From IMG/VR virus record IMGVR_UViG_3300020220_003261: 64,000 bases of DNA; one strand, given 5' to 3'. The number at the start of each line of letters is the position of its first letter. Position 1 is the stretch's first letter. The notes under the pieces are model-generated. The model made no database searches and was not told where the DNA came from. It saw only the letters and a list, made by a program, of their open reading frames with translations. The position numbers and the translations under genes are program-made. The stretch comes from a virus. Shown piece after piece: positions 20,238 through 30,184 of the stretch.

Positions 20238-21203
20238 TTATGTTTGATTTGCATAACCTAAAGGAAATCCGTTTCTAAATTCGGCACCCATTTTGGGAAC
20301 AATCATTTGATATGCTTGTATGAGTTGTTTAATTCCCATATCTAAATCCCAAGTAGGTGACCAACCTGTTGATTCTATTTTTTGATTTGAAACAATATAA
20401 TTTCTTTTATCTGGATCTTCATAATAATCATCATAAACCACAGCAAAGTCTTTTACATGTGTTTGTATTTTTTCAAGTAGTTCTTGTTTTGATAGATTAG
20501 CATCACTCAACCCAACATTAAAAACTTCATTTTTATAAGTTTCATAATTTTCAAGCATGAATAAAAAAGCATCTGCAACGTCCTCTATATGAATAAAGTT
20601 TCTTTTAAAACTCTTTTCAAAAACAACTATATATTTGTCTGTAATAGCCTTGTAAACAAAATCATTTACTAATAAGTCATTTCTCATTCTTGGTGATACA
20701 CCAAAAACAGTTGCCAATCTAAAAATAATAGCATCAGTTGAAGACCTAAGAAAATTTTCAGCTTCAACTTTTGTTGTTCCATAAACTGATATGGGATTCA
20801 AAGGAGACTCCTCGGTGCAAAATATATCGTTTTCACGAACACCGTATCCACTATTTGTGTTTGGATATAATATTTTTTTATTCTTAGAAAACTTAACAAC
20901 GTTGACTATTTGTTTGAAATTTATTTCTTTTGATAATTGTGGATCTGCCGCACAAGCTGGAAATCCAACTATTGCTGCCAATGGTATTATTACATCAGAT
21001 TCACCACATAACTGCTCTAAAAGTTTTTCATTTCTAACATCACCATAAATAAATTTAAATTTTGTATTCGAAGTGTATCCTAAAAGAGAAACTTGATTGA
21101 AAAGAAGTTTATCTAAAACAGTTACACTATATCCTGAATTTAATAATTTTTTTGTTATAACTGACCCCAAGTAACCGGCGCCGCCTGTAATTAAAACTCT
21201 CAT
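20238..21203 (-). CDS. NAD-dependent sugar epimerase/dehydratase
   Basis: ITGGAGYLG, LAAIVGFPAC, YGTTK, FRLATVFG. Confidence 0.9.
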   Translation of the reverse strand: MRVLITGGAGYLGSVITKKLLNSGYSVTVLDKLLFNQVSLLGYTSNTKFKFIYGDVRNEKLLEQLCGESDVIIPLAAIVGFPACAADPQLSKEINFKQIVNVVKFSKNKKILYPNTNSGYGVRENDIFCTEESPLNPISVYGTTKVEAENFLRSSTDAIIFRLATVFGVSPRMRNDLLVNDFVYKAITDKYIVVFEKSFKRNFIHIEDVADAFLFMLENYETYKNEVFNVGLSDANLSKQELLEKIQTHVKDFAVVYDDYYEDPDKRNYIVSNQKIESTGWSPTWDLDMGIKQLIQAYQMIVPKMGAEFRNGFPLGYANQT

Positions 21204-21296
21204 ATATTAATTTATATATATCTGAAAAATAACATTTTTGAAAAGATTAGTAAACGAATTTAAAATTTATTTTTTTTGTTTTATATTTTGTTTTAC

Positions 21297-22586
21297 ATGG
21301 ATAAAATTATATGTAGTTTAGAAGATTGGGATTCTATTTTTGATTATTATAGACCAAACGGATCCTCAAAAACTTGGTACATAAAAGAACTAAAAATTTT
21401 GACATTACCTCTCATGTTGGCGGAATGGACCATTTTTACCGAACAGGGTGAAATGTTCGGAGAAGGACATTTGAGAAACACCATAACGCCAAACTATTCA
21501 AATTTAATACAATATACACCAAAAGAGAAAATTGGTCACTCTCCACACATTTATATTATTAATGTGTATGATAGTAATTTTTTTCACAACAATAGAAATT
21601 TAGGTTTTAGGTGCATTTCAAAAAATTACTTAAATGATATTAGAAATGGTAAATCTAAAATATTAATGTTTTTTTTATATGAAGGATATTCAGGAACAAA
21701 AAACAATGAAGACTTCGAATTGATTGAAAAGTGGAGAATAGATTCTGATTTACCCATCGATTCTATATATTATGTTTGTGGTAACTTATTATGTGAAGAA
21801 ATAGTTCGAGAAAAAGGTTATGGATATCAAGCGAGAGGTATTCATAATTTTGAACCGTGGAATAAATATGGTGGTAACTTATTGAATTTTAACCCTTTAT
21901 ATGATAAATTTTTGTTTCTGTCTTATAACAGACAATGCAGACACCATAGGATTAGATTTATAATTGATTTGTTAGATAAGAATTTAATTAACAAAGGATT
22001 AATAAGTTTAAATAAATTAAATAATATTCCATATGAAACAACGGATCAAAATAAAGATTTTTTAATTAACAAAACACCGTTGATTATTGATTCACTTCCT
22101 GATTTAACGAATAACTTGGCTGTAAACATAACCACTCAAGACTACGAAAGAACATTTATGTCTATTGTCACCGAAACTTTAGCAGATGATAATACTTTAT
22201 TTTTTTCTGAAAAAGTATGGAAACCTATTATGGTTGGTCATCCTTTCATGATTTATGGTAATCGTGGGTCATTAAAATATTTGAAAGATTTAGGATTTAA
22301 AACATATGATAAATGGTTTGATGAATCATATGATAACGAACTTGATAGGGACATTAGATCAAAAAAAATTGTAAATGAAATAGAAAGATTAAGTAAAAAA
22401 AGTTTAGAAGAATTGAAAATAATAAGAGAGGAAATGAAAGAAACTTGTCAATATAATTTTCATTTTTATAAAAAATATTATTCAGAAAAGTATGGTAATA
22501 ATGACCAATCTAAAGCAATAAGAGATATTTTATTAGAAATTTGGTCATCAATTTCTAATACAACGCCAAAACCAAATTTAATATGA
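21297..22586 (+). CDS. GT10-like paralogue family, copy 5
   Basis: FLSYNR..RHHR, MSIVTET..FSEKVWKP..HPFMIYG..GFKTYD..DESYD. ATG 21297 preferred. Confidence 0.5.
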   Translation: MDKIICSLEDWDSIFDYYRPNGSSKTWYIKELKILTLPLMLAEWTIFTEQGEMFGEGHLRNTITPNYSNLIQYTPKEKIGHSPHIYIINVYDSNFFHNNRNLGFRCISKNYLNDIRNGKSKILMFFLYEGYSGTKNNEDFELIEKWRIDSDLPIDSIYYVCGNLLCEEIVREKGYGYQARGIHNFEPWNKYGGNLLNFNPLYDKFLFLSYNRQCRHHRIRFIIDLLDKNLINKGLISLNKLNNIPYETTDQNKDFLINKTPLIIDSLPDLTNNLAVNITTQDYERTFMSIVTETLADDNTLFFSEKVWKPIMVGHPFMIYGNRGSLKYLKDLGFKTYDKWFDESYDNELDRDIRSKKIVNEIERLSKKSLEELKIIREEMKETCQYNFHFYKKYYSEKYGNNDQSKAIRDILLEIWSSISNTTPKPNLI

Positions 22587-23263
22587 AAACATTGTGGACA
22601 TTTGGTGATAGCTACACTGCGGAATATGATTATAGTAACAATGATTCTTATAGTAGATATAAAGAAATAATAGGAAAAGAGATAAAAACATGGCCAACTA
22701 TATTGTCTGATAAATTAAACATACGACTCGAAAATTTGGGGAAAAGAGGAAGTGGAAATTCGGACATATTTGAAACTTTAATAAACAATATTAGATATAT
22801 TAATGAAGACGATATTGTTATTATTGGTTGGGGGCTTAACTCTAAATTCAGAATTGCAAGTAATAATAAACTTATAACATTATTTCCTTTCGGTTCACAT
22901 ACTGATAATAATATGTCCAAAGAATGTTTGAATTTATTGTCAAAAAATAAAGAAGAAAGGATTTGGAATGATGAAATATATCAATGGGAAAAAATTATAA
23001 AATATATTTCAGAACTTAAAAATTTTTACGTGTTTTTTTGGAATTCGGAAGATCCAAACTTGATATATGGACTTTCAAATAAAAATAAAAAAGAATATAT
23101 TTTGTCTGAAAGCAATATCGGGTTGATTTTTTATTTAAAAAACTTGGGAGCTAGAACTATTTCAGATGACACCGAAAACATTATAAACGATTGTCATTTT
23201 GGAGAACATGGACATATTTTTCAAGCCGATTGTTTTTATAAACATATAAATGAATTTTTATGA
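22583..23263 (+). CDS. SGNH-family protein
   Basis: TFGDSYT, NLGKRGSGN, DCHFG. Confidence 0.7.
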   Translation: MKTLWTFGDSYTAEYDYSNNDSYSRYKEIIGKEIKTWPTILSDKLNIRLENLGKRGSGNSDIFETLINNIRYINEDDIVIIGWGLNSKFRIASNNKLITLFPFGSHTDNNMSKECLNLLSKNKEERIWNDEIYQWEKIIKYISELKNFYVFFWNSEDPNLIYGLSNKNKKEYILSESNIGLIFYLKNLGARTISDDTENIINDCHFGEHGHIFQADCFYKHINEFL

Positions 23264-23841
23264 CACTATTAGATTTATACTATCAAAATGAGTATGATAA
23301 ACTAGATGTTGGTTTCCAATTAGATAAGTTTGATCACATGTATCTTCAGAAATATTATGATAAAGAATTTACACCGAGAAGAAATGACGAAATTAATTTA
23401 TTAGAAATAGGTGTAGCCACTGGTATATCTATGAAATTTTGGTCGGAATGGTTTGTTAATGGTAAAATTTACGGTGTTGATTTGGGACACGAAAGCAGGT
23501 TAAGTGATTTTTACAAAAAACATAATTTAAATAACATTTATTGGGAAAACGCACTTACAAATTCATTTGTAAACAGATTTGAAAATGATTATTTTGATTA
23601 TGTAATTGATGACGGTAGTCATAGAATTGAAGACCAAATTGTTGCGATAAAAAAATATCTACCAAAAATTAAATCAGGTGGAAAACTTGTTATTGAAGAT
23701 ATCATGAACATACATTATATCCCAATAATAATAGAAAGTATTGATAAAAAATTATCAGATGAATGGAATCTTTATGATTTAAGATATGTCGGAGGAAGAC
23801 ATTATCCCAATAGTGTGTTTTTTGAAATTATTAGAAAATGA
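23260..23841 (+). CDS. Sugar O-methyltransferase-like (MycE/Methyltransf_24-type)
   Basis: DK..H.Y..YY, LLEIGVATG, VIDDGSH, GGKLVIEDI. Confidence 0.8.
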   Translation: MTLLDLYYQNEYDKLDVGFQLDKFDHMYLQKYYDKEFTPRRNDEINLLEIGVATGISMKFWSEWFVNGKIYGVDLGHESRLSDFYKKHNLNNIYWENALTNSFVNRFENDYFDYVIDDGSHRIEDQIVAIKKYLPKIKSGGKLVIEDIMNIHYIPIIIESIDKKLSDEWNLYDLRYVGGRHYPNSVFFEIIRK

Positions 23842-24602
23842 ACAGATTATTTGCTTTAGGTTGTAGTTTTACCGATTATATGTGGCCAACGTGGGTTGAT
23901 TTTATATCAAATAAATTTGATTTTACATACAACTTGGGTCACAGTGGTGCGGGTAATTTTTATATTGCAACTCAATTATATGAAATTAATTTAAAAGAAA
24001 AAATTACAAAGGATGATACTGTGCTAATTATGTTAACTAGTTTTACCAGATATGACACTATTCTTAGAGATTTTGGGTGGTCTAATAGTGGTAATATATA
24101 CTCCCAAACAATTTTTGGAAAAGAATTTATTGAAAAATATTGGTCAGAAGAATTTGGGTTTTACAACACGTGGTTTTCAATAATGTCTATGAAATCACTT
24201 TTGGACAATATAGGTTGTAAATATAAATTCATGTGTGCATTTAATTTAACAAAAAAAGAAACAGATCCTTTATTATTTGAAGAATTAGATAAACCAAGAT
24301 TAAGTAATGTTTGGTCGTCTTTGCTTGATATAATTTCTGAAAATAATTTTAGAGATTTTTGTGATCAAAATAAAAGATATTACAGTTTTAATGGTGAAAC
24401 CGATTTTCACCCCACAATTTCTGACCACCATGATTGGGTTGAACAAGAATTACCCGAATATTATGACAAGTCATATGATAATATTAGGCAAGAGTGGGAG
24501 AGTAATGTCACTGATGATTTGGAAAAAACGGTGATAAATTTTTTCAACGTTAAACCTGAGTTTAAAAATAAATTTAATAAAAGATTTAATTGGAATTTTT
24601 AA
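23838..24602 (+). CDS. SGNH-family protein (GCS variant)
   Basis: ALGCSFT, NLGHSGAGN, DFHPT. Confidence 0.7.
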   Translation: MNRLFALGCSFTDYMWPTWVDFISNKFDFTYNLGHSGAGNFYIATQLYEINLKEKITKDDTVLIMLTSFTRYDTILRDFGWSNSGNIYSQTIFGKEFIEKYWSEEFGFYNTWFSIMSMKSLLDNIGCKYKFMCAFNLTKKETDPLLFEELDKPRLSNVWSSLLDIISENNFRDFCDQNKRYYSFNGETDFHPTISDHHDWVEQELPEYYDKSYDNIRQEWESNVTDDLEKTVINFFNVKPEFKNKFNKRFNWNF

Positions 24603-24603
24603 T

Positions 24604-25740
24604 ATGAAAGTAGGATTTATTGGTGTTGGTAAATTGGGAAAAGATGTTGCCGAGGTTATGGCGGAAAAATATTATGTGGAGGGTTATGATGTAAAAAATA
24701 TCAAACCAATTAACTTTAAAATGGTGGAAACACTTAAAGAGGTGTGTTCCGATAAAGACATAATTTTTATCGCAGTCCCCACACCTCATCATGTAGATTA
24801 TGATGGTAGTAAACCAACATCAAACTTAGAACCAAAGGATTTTGATTATACTACCGTAAAAAATATTTTATTGGAAATAAATAAATTTACAAATATAAAA
24901 CAACTTGTTGTTTTAATTTCAACCGTTCTACCAGGAACAATTAGACGTGAATTTATACCATTGGTTCAAAATTATAGATTTATTTATAATCCTTATTTGA
25001 TTGCAATGGGGACAGTAAAATACGATATGGTTAATCCCGAAATGGTGATTATAGGAACTGAAGATGGGTCATTTACATCGGACGCAAAAATATTAATAGA
25101 TTTTTATGAAACAATTATAAAACCCGATACACGATATGAGATCGGTACTTGGGACGATGCTGAAGCCATTAAAATATTCTACAACACATTCATATCTGCT
25201 AAAATATCAATTGTTAACATGATAATGGATGTTGCTGAAATAAATGGTAACATGAACACAGATGTGGTGACTGGTGCACTTGAAAGAAGTTCATACAGAA
25301 TTACGGGTCCTGCATATATGAAAGCAGGAATGGGGGATGGAGGGGCTTGTCACCCAAGAGATAATATTGCTCTTAGATATATGGCGGAGAAATATGATTT
25401 AGGTTATGATTTATTTGATGCAATTATGAAGTCTAGAGAAAAACAAGCTGAGAATATCGCGAAAAAACTTACAGAATTAAAAAATCTTCATAACCTACCA
25501 ATAGTAATCATGGGAAAAAGTTATAAACCTGGTGTTGAATATGTGGATGGATCATATTCTATTTTGATTTCTCATTATTTACCAAACGACATAAAATTTG
25601 ATGATAATACTACACCCGCAATTTATCTTTTAGGACATAGAAAAGTTTTTAATAACACAATATTTCCAAAAGGAAGCGTAGTTTTAGATCCATGGAGAGA
25701 AAGAACAAAAAAAGATACAATATACTATGGAGGAAAGTAA
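24604..25740 (+). CDS. ugd: UDP-glucose/GDP-mannose dehydrogenase family
   Basis: GFIGVGKLG, IAVPTP, STVLPGT, AEAIKIFYN, GGACHPRD catalytic Cys. Confidence 0.85.
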   Translation: MKVGFIGVGKLGKDVAEVMAEKYYVEGYDVKNIKPINFKMVETLKEVCSDKDIIFIAVPTPHHVDYDGSKPTSNLEPKDFDYTTVKNILLEINKFTNIKQLVVLISTVLPGTIRREFIPLVQNYRFIYNPYLIAMGTVKYDMVNPEMVIIGTEDGSFTSDAKILIDFYETIIKPDTRYEIGTWDDAEAIKIFYNTFISAKISIVNMIMDVAEINGNMNTDVVTGALERSSYRITGPAYMKAGMGDGGACHPRDNIALRYMAEKYDLGYDLFDAIMKSREKQAENIAKKLTELKNLHNLPIVIMGKSYKPGVEYVDGSYSILISHYLPNDIKFDDNTTPAIYLLGHRKVFNNTIFPKGSVVLDPWRERTKKDTIYYGGK

Positions 25741-26734
25741 AAAAGAATTTATAATATGTTTTTCAAGCCATTACGGTAAAAATGTTTTGAAACCGTTGAT
25801 GGAGGATATTAAAAAATATTCACCAAAAAAGGTTCTGTATTGGGCAGGTGATGAATGGGCATTACCTGGGGATATGATTATAGAAGATTTAGATAATCTA
25901 AAAGATTTGATCATAGACACAAATACACAATTATATGTTCTTTTTGGAAGTTGTGAAACTGAGAAAGGTCATTTCTACAAAAAAGTTTACCCACAAGAAA
26001 ACTTTAAAATTTTAAATTGGCCGACTTATTTCATACACAGGGTTAACTACGATACTAATAATTTTTTAAACGAATTTAACTATCTTTTTTCCAACTTAAA
26101 TTATATACCACATCATCACAGATGTGTTTTAATGGATGAGTTATATAATGTAAATTTATTTAATGTTGGAAAAATATCATGGAACTTAATTGATGAAAAT
26201 TATTCACAATATGATTTTAAGTATTGGAAACAAGAACTTATAGAAATAGACAACTTTATTAAAAACAAAAAAAATTTCACAAATACCTTTTATGAAACCG
26301 ATGACTCACTAATATCAATAGTAACAGAATCAACCACAAGAGATATGTTTTTTACTGAAAAAACATTTAAACCAATCATATCGGAAAGACCATTTATAGT
26401 TTTGGGGTATAAGGGTCAAAATTTAGAATTAAAAAAATATGGATTTGAATTATTCGATGAAATATTTAATTATGAGTTTGATTTATCTGATGATGTGGTT
26501 TATCGAGCAAAAGGTATTGTTCAAAACCTACAAAATTTAAAAAATGAAAACTATAACTTATTATATAATAAAGTATCAGAAAAGTTAAGACATAATAAAG
26601 AAGTCGCACTTAACATATTAGAAAATGACTTATTTATACCACAAGAAATATTGGAATTTAAAAACTTATATAAAGACGAATTCATCGAAGGTTTACACCA
26701 TAAAGTTCCTCAATTTTTCTCAAAGTATTTGTAA
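25727..26734 (+). CDS. GT10-like paralogue family, copy 6
   Basis: ISIVTES..FTEKTFKP..RPFIVLG..GFELFDEIFNYEFD. Confidence 0.5.
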   Translation: MEESKKEFIICFSSHYGKNVLKPLMEDIKKYSPKKVLYWAGDEWALPGDMIIEDLDNLKDLIIDTNTQLYVLFGSCETEKGHFYKKVYPQENFKILNWPTYFIHRVNYDTNNFLNEFNYLFSNLNYIPHHHRCVLMDELYNVNLFNVGKISWNLIDENYSQYDFKYWKQELIEIDNFIKNKKNFTNTFYETDDSLISIVTESTTRDMFFTEKTFKPIISERPFIVLGYKGQNLELKKYGFELFDEIFNYEFDLSDDVVYRAKGIVQNLQNLKNENYNLLYNKVSEKLRHNKEVALNILENDLFIPQEILEFKNLYKDEFIEGLHHKVPQFFSKYL

Positions 26735-28404
26735 TGTATATTATTGGAATATCGGCATTTTATCATGATTCATCGGTCTGTTTATTCAGAAACGACCAAC
26801 TTATATTTGCATGTGAAGAAGAAAAATTCACAGGTATAAAACACGATAGTTCCTTTCCCGAAAAAACATTGAATTATATTTTTAAAAAATATAAAATTCA
26901 AAAAAATGAAATTGAAAGTGTTTGTTATTATGAAAATCCACGTATAAAATTAAATAGAGTAATTAAAAACTTAAAGAAGAATATTTTCAATAGTCCATTA
27001 TATTGTATAAAATCATATTTGACAATTAAAAAAAACATTAAATATTTGGATAAAAGGTTAAATGAAATATGTCCAAATGTTTTTTATTCAACACATCATG
27101 AAGCTCATCAGTATTATTCATTTTACTCATCTCCATTTGATAAATCTGTCTGTCTGTCTGTAGACGGGGTAGGTGAAATTGACACATTGTCTATGGGTGA
27201 AACTAAATATAATGGAATATTATATACTCCTATTGCAGAATATCCTAATTCACTAGGTTTGTTTTATTCTGCCATGACATCATTTTTAGGTTTTAGACCA
27301 AATGAAGGTGAATATAAAGTCATGGGTCTCGCATCATATGGAAACCCTGTAGATCATATTGATAAAGTAAGAAAATTAATAAGATTCAAAAATGGTAGAC
27401 TCGAATGTAACATGGATGTTTTTTGTTGGGATCGATCAGATAGAATTATGTTTAATGAGAAATTACCCTCTTTATTGGAAATTGATCAGAGATTACCAAA
27501 CGAGAAGTTGGAAAAAATTCACGAAAATTTGGCAGCTTCGGTTCAAAAAGTATATGAAGAAATTCTGTTTAATATTTTAAAAATGGTTTCATTATGTTCT
27601 GAAAGTGGAAATTTATGTTTAAGTGGTGGTTGTGCATATAATGGAACCGCAAACGGAAAAATTACAAGTTTTACCAATTTCAAACATCTTTGGATACCAC
27701 CCGCCCCATCTGACGCTGGATCCACAATTGGTTCATGCGTACACTATATGGTTAAAATTAAAAAAAATGATAATAAAATAACAAGGAATCCTTTCTTGGG
27801 TCCTGAATATAATGTTGATGACTATACAAAATATATAAAATCATCTTCCAAGACTTATAAAATATTAAACGAATCTAAAATTAGATCTATTATCTCTAAA
27901 GAATTATTAGATGGAAAAGTGGTAGGTTGGTTTCAAGGTCATATTGAATTTGGTGCCAGAGCATTAGGAAACAGATCAATATTAGCAAACCCAACTGTTG
28001 ATGGAATGAAAGATAAAATAAATAGAGTTATTAAAAAAAGAGAGGGTTTTAGACCATTCGCACCTATGGTTGTCAAAGAAAAACAACATTTATATTTTGA
28101 TGTTACGGATGATGTTCCATACATGAATCAAGTGGTCAAAGTTAAACCTGAATATGTCGATAAATTAAAAGCTGTTACACATGTCGATGGTACCGCTAGA
28201 ATTCAGACGGTATATGAACACACCAGAATTCATGAATTATTAATAGACTTTGAAAAGTTAAGTGGATTTCCTATATTATTGAATACGTCGTTTAATGTAA
28301 AAGATAAAACGATGGTATTAACACCCAAAGATGCGATAGATACATTTTATGATACTGAAATGGATATATTAGTTATGGGTAATTATATTATATACAAATC
28401 TTAA
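26734..28404 (+). CDS. O-carbamoyltransferase (NodU/CmcH/TobZ family)
   Basis: GISAFYHDSS, HHEAH, DGVGE, SLGLFY, EGEYKVMGLASYG, LSGGCAYN, EFGARALGNRSIL, RPFAP, LNTSFN. Confidence 0.95.
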   Translation: MYIIGISAFYHDSSVCLFRNDQLIFACEEEKFTGIKHDSSFPEKTLNYIFKKYKIQKNEIESVCYYENPRIKLNRVIKNLKKNIFNSPLYCIKSYLTIKKNIKYLDKRLNEICPNVFYSTHHEAHQYYSFYSSPFDKSVCLSVDGVGEIDTLSMGETKYNGILYTPIAEYPNSLGLFYSAMTSFLGFRPNEGEYKVMGLASYGNPVDHIDKVRKLIRFKNGRLECNMDVFCWDRSDRIMFNEKLPSLLEIDQRLPNEKLEKIHENLAASVQKVYEEILFNILKMVSLCSESGNLCLSGGCAYNGTANGKITSFTNFKHLWIPPAPSDAGSTIGSCVHYMVKIKKNDNKITRNPFLGPEYNVDDYTKYIKSSSKTYKILNESKIRSIISKELLDGKVVGWFQGHIEFGARALGNRSILANPTVDGMKDKINRVIKKREGFRPFAPMVVKEKQHLYFDVTDDVPYMNQVVKVKPEYVDKLKAVTHVDGTARIQTVYEHTRIHELLIDFEKLSGFPILLNTSFNVKDKTMVLTPKDAIDTFYDTEMDILVMGNYIIYKS

Positions 28405-28407
28405 AGT

Positions 28408-28524
28408 ATGAAAAAATTGATAGAATGGTTAGTAAACAAGGTAAAAGATTACAAAAAAAAGAGAAAATTCAAAAAGAAATTAGAGGAATTGAAGAAAAGA
28501 GACCCATTTATTTATAAACATTAA
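28408..28524 (+). CDS. Small basic protein (38 aa, ends KKRDPFIYKH); not in ORF track
   Basis: ATG 3 nt after the carbamoyltransferase stop; open to TAA at 28524. Confidence 0.65.
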   Translation: MKKLIEWLVNKVKDYKKKRKFKKKLEELKKRDPFIYKH

Positions 28525-28561
28525 TTTTATTTTTTGAAAGGAAATCATTATATTATATATT

Positions 28562-28996
28562 ATGATATATTGGTTTACAGGACAGCCCGGATCGGGTAAA
28601 ACAACATTAGCTCTGGAATTAATGAAACATCTTCCGGCCGCAACCACTGTTCATATTGACGGTGATCACTTAAGGGATATTTTTAAAAATAAGGACTATT
28701 CTGAAGCAGGACGGAGAAAGAATATAGAAAGAGCGCAAGATATTGCTAAGTTCTTAAATACCAAAGGTTATTCGGTTATAGTGTCTTTAGTTTCCCCATA
28801 TAAGGACCAAAGAGATAAATTCAAATCAGAAAATTCTGTAGTAGAGATATATGTTCATACCAACGAAACAAGAGGTAGAGAACACTTTTCTGTAGATGAC
28901 TACAACCCACCAACTGAAAGATATCTTGATATGGATACAACAAATCAAACAATAGAAGAATCCACTAATAAATTACTTAATACTATATTTTTATGA
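28562..28996 (+). CDS. cysC: Adenylyl-sulfate (APS) kinase
   Basis: WFTGQPGSGKTT P-loop, IDGDHLR, VSLVSPY..R. Confidence 0.9.
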   Translation: MIYWFTGQPGSGKTTLALELMKHLPAATTVHIDGDHLRDIFKNKDYSEAGRRKNIERAQDIAKFLNTKGYSVIVSLVSPYKDQRDKFKSENSVVEIYVHTNETRGREHFSVDDYNPPTERYLDMDTTNQTIEESTNKLLNTIFL

Positions 28997-29367
28997 AAAG
29001 GTACGCAATGTACATTGGCAGGTGGCAAAATTGGCACGCCGGTCACGAATGGCTTATTCGCCAGCAATTAGATAAAGGTAAAAATGTATGGGTAGCTATC
29101 AGAGATGTACAAGTTGATGAAAATAATCCAAAATCAGCAAAAGAGGTATTTTGGTCATTAAAAAATGAACCATTTTTTGCTAATAATACGGACAAAATAA
29201 TGGTATCTGTCATTCCAGATATAGAATCCGTGAATTATGGTAGAGGTGTTGGATATGATGTTATTTATCATGAGCCGCCAAATGAAATCGCCGAAATAAG
29301 CGGAACTAAAATTAGAAAAGGAGAAATTGATGTCAATGGTAAAACGACACATAGCAAAGAGTATTAG
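28993..29367 (+). CDS. Small HIGH-superfamily nucleotidyltransferase
   Basis: IGRWQNWHAGH (HxGH) and ISGTKIR (KMSKS-like). Confidence 0.75.
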   Translation: MKRYAMYIGRWQNWHAGHEWLIRQQLDKGKNVWVAIRDVQVDENNPKSAKEVFWSLKNEPFFANNTDKIMVSVIPDIESVNYGRGVGYDVIYHEPPNEIAEISGTKIRKGEIDVNGKTTHSKEY

Positions 29368-29545
29368 CTATAGATTTGTAGGTACAATAACCACAATCAT
29401 ATTATCTGTATCTGCTGGCCTACCACTAAAGTGGGCGGGTATGGTTGGTTTGGGTGAGTTTATTTTGAAGCCTATCATATATTTTTTACATGAGAGAGTT
29501 TGGTACAAATGGATAAAATATGGGTTAAAAAATAAAACAATTTAG
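29330..29545 (+). CDS. DUF2061-like small membrane protein
   Basis: KSISYR..T, hydrophobic core, YFLHERVW. Confidence 0.8.
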   Translation: MSMVKRHIAKSISYRFVGTITTIILSVSAGLPLKWAGMVGLGEFILKPIIYFLHERVWYKWIKYGLKNKTI

Positions 29546-29609
29546 TATATTTATCTATAAAAGGAAAAATTTCTTTTTTAAAACGACTTCCCCCCTACCC
29601 CCAACCCCT

Positions 29610-29638
29610 TTGGTAAATTAAAATATTTTTCGTATAAT
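29610..29638 (+). promoter_or_regulatory. sigma70-like promoter TTGGTA-17-TATAAT, 6 nt before ATG 29645
   Basis: Read directly from the sequence; canonical 17-nt spacing. Confidence 0.6.
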
Positions 29639-29644
29639 TACAAT

Positions 29645-30151
29645 ATGATAAAAGTAATTGATAATATTTTAACTAAATCTGAGTTTTCTTTTCTAAAAAA
29701 AATTATTAACAACCCCAATTTCTATGCGGACAATAAACCACATACTAAGGTTGATTCAAAAAATTATTACAATCGTAAATTCATAACACCTACGGATAAT
29801 ATAGAAAAAAGGATATATGAGTGTTTAAAATTAGAATATGACTCGCTTAAATTCAAAATTTCTAATTGTTGGATAAACCATATATATGTGGATACAAACA
29901 AAAATGATAATTTTCATAAAGACAGTTCAGATGTTTCTACGGTACTTTTTTTAAATGAGGGATTTATTGGTGGTAATTTTGAATATAAAGATTTTAATGG
30001 TGATATTAATATTATAACACCGAAAGAAAATCGTTTAATCGTAATCGATAAAGAATGTTTACATAGAGTTAGCAACGTAATTGAAGGTAATAGATACACT
30101 TTTGTAGCGTTTTTACATTTTCAAGAAAAAACAAGTAAAACAATAATATGA
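29645..30151 (+). CDS. 2OG-Fe(II) oxygenase
   Basis: FHKD, VLFLNE.F.GG.F, HRVSNVIEGNRY; ends SKTII. Confidence 0.85.
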   Translation: MIKVIDNILTKSEFSFLKKIINNPNFYADNKPHTKVDSKNYYNRKFITPTDNIEKRIYECLKLEYDSLKFKISNCWINHIYVDTNKNDNFHKDSSDVSTVLFLNEGFIGGNFEYKDFNGDINIITPKENRLIVIDKECLHRVSNVIEGNRYTFVAFLHFQEKTSKTII

Positions 30152-30159
30152 AATTGATA

Positions 30160-30167
30160 TATTTATA
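30160..30167 (+). promoter_or_regulatory. TAYTTATA motif (putative late promoter) before ATP-grasp/Hint gene
   Basis: TATTTATA 17 nt before ATG; the same motif precedes five other genes. Confidence 0.4.
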
Positions 30168-30184
30168 AAAAAAGGAAAAAATCT

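Noticed and set aside
9766-21275. Invertible (phase-variable) cassette
   Set aside because: No recombinase gene in the window and no convincing terminal inverted repeats at either minus-strand block.
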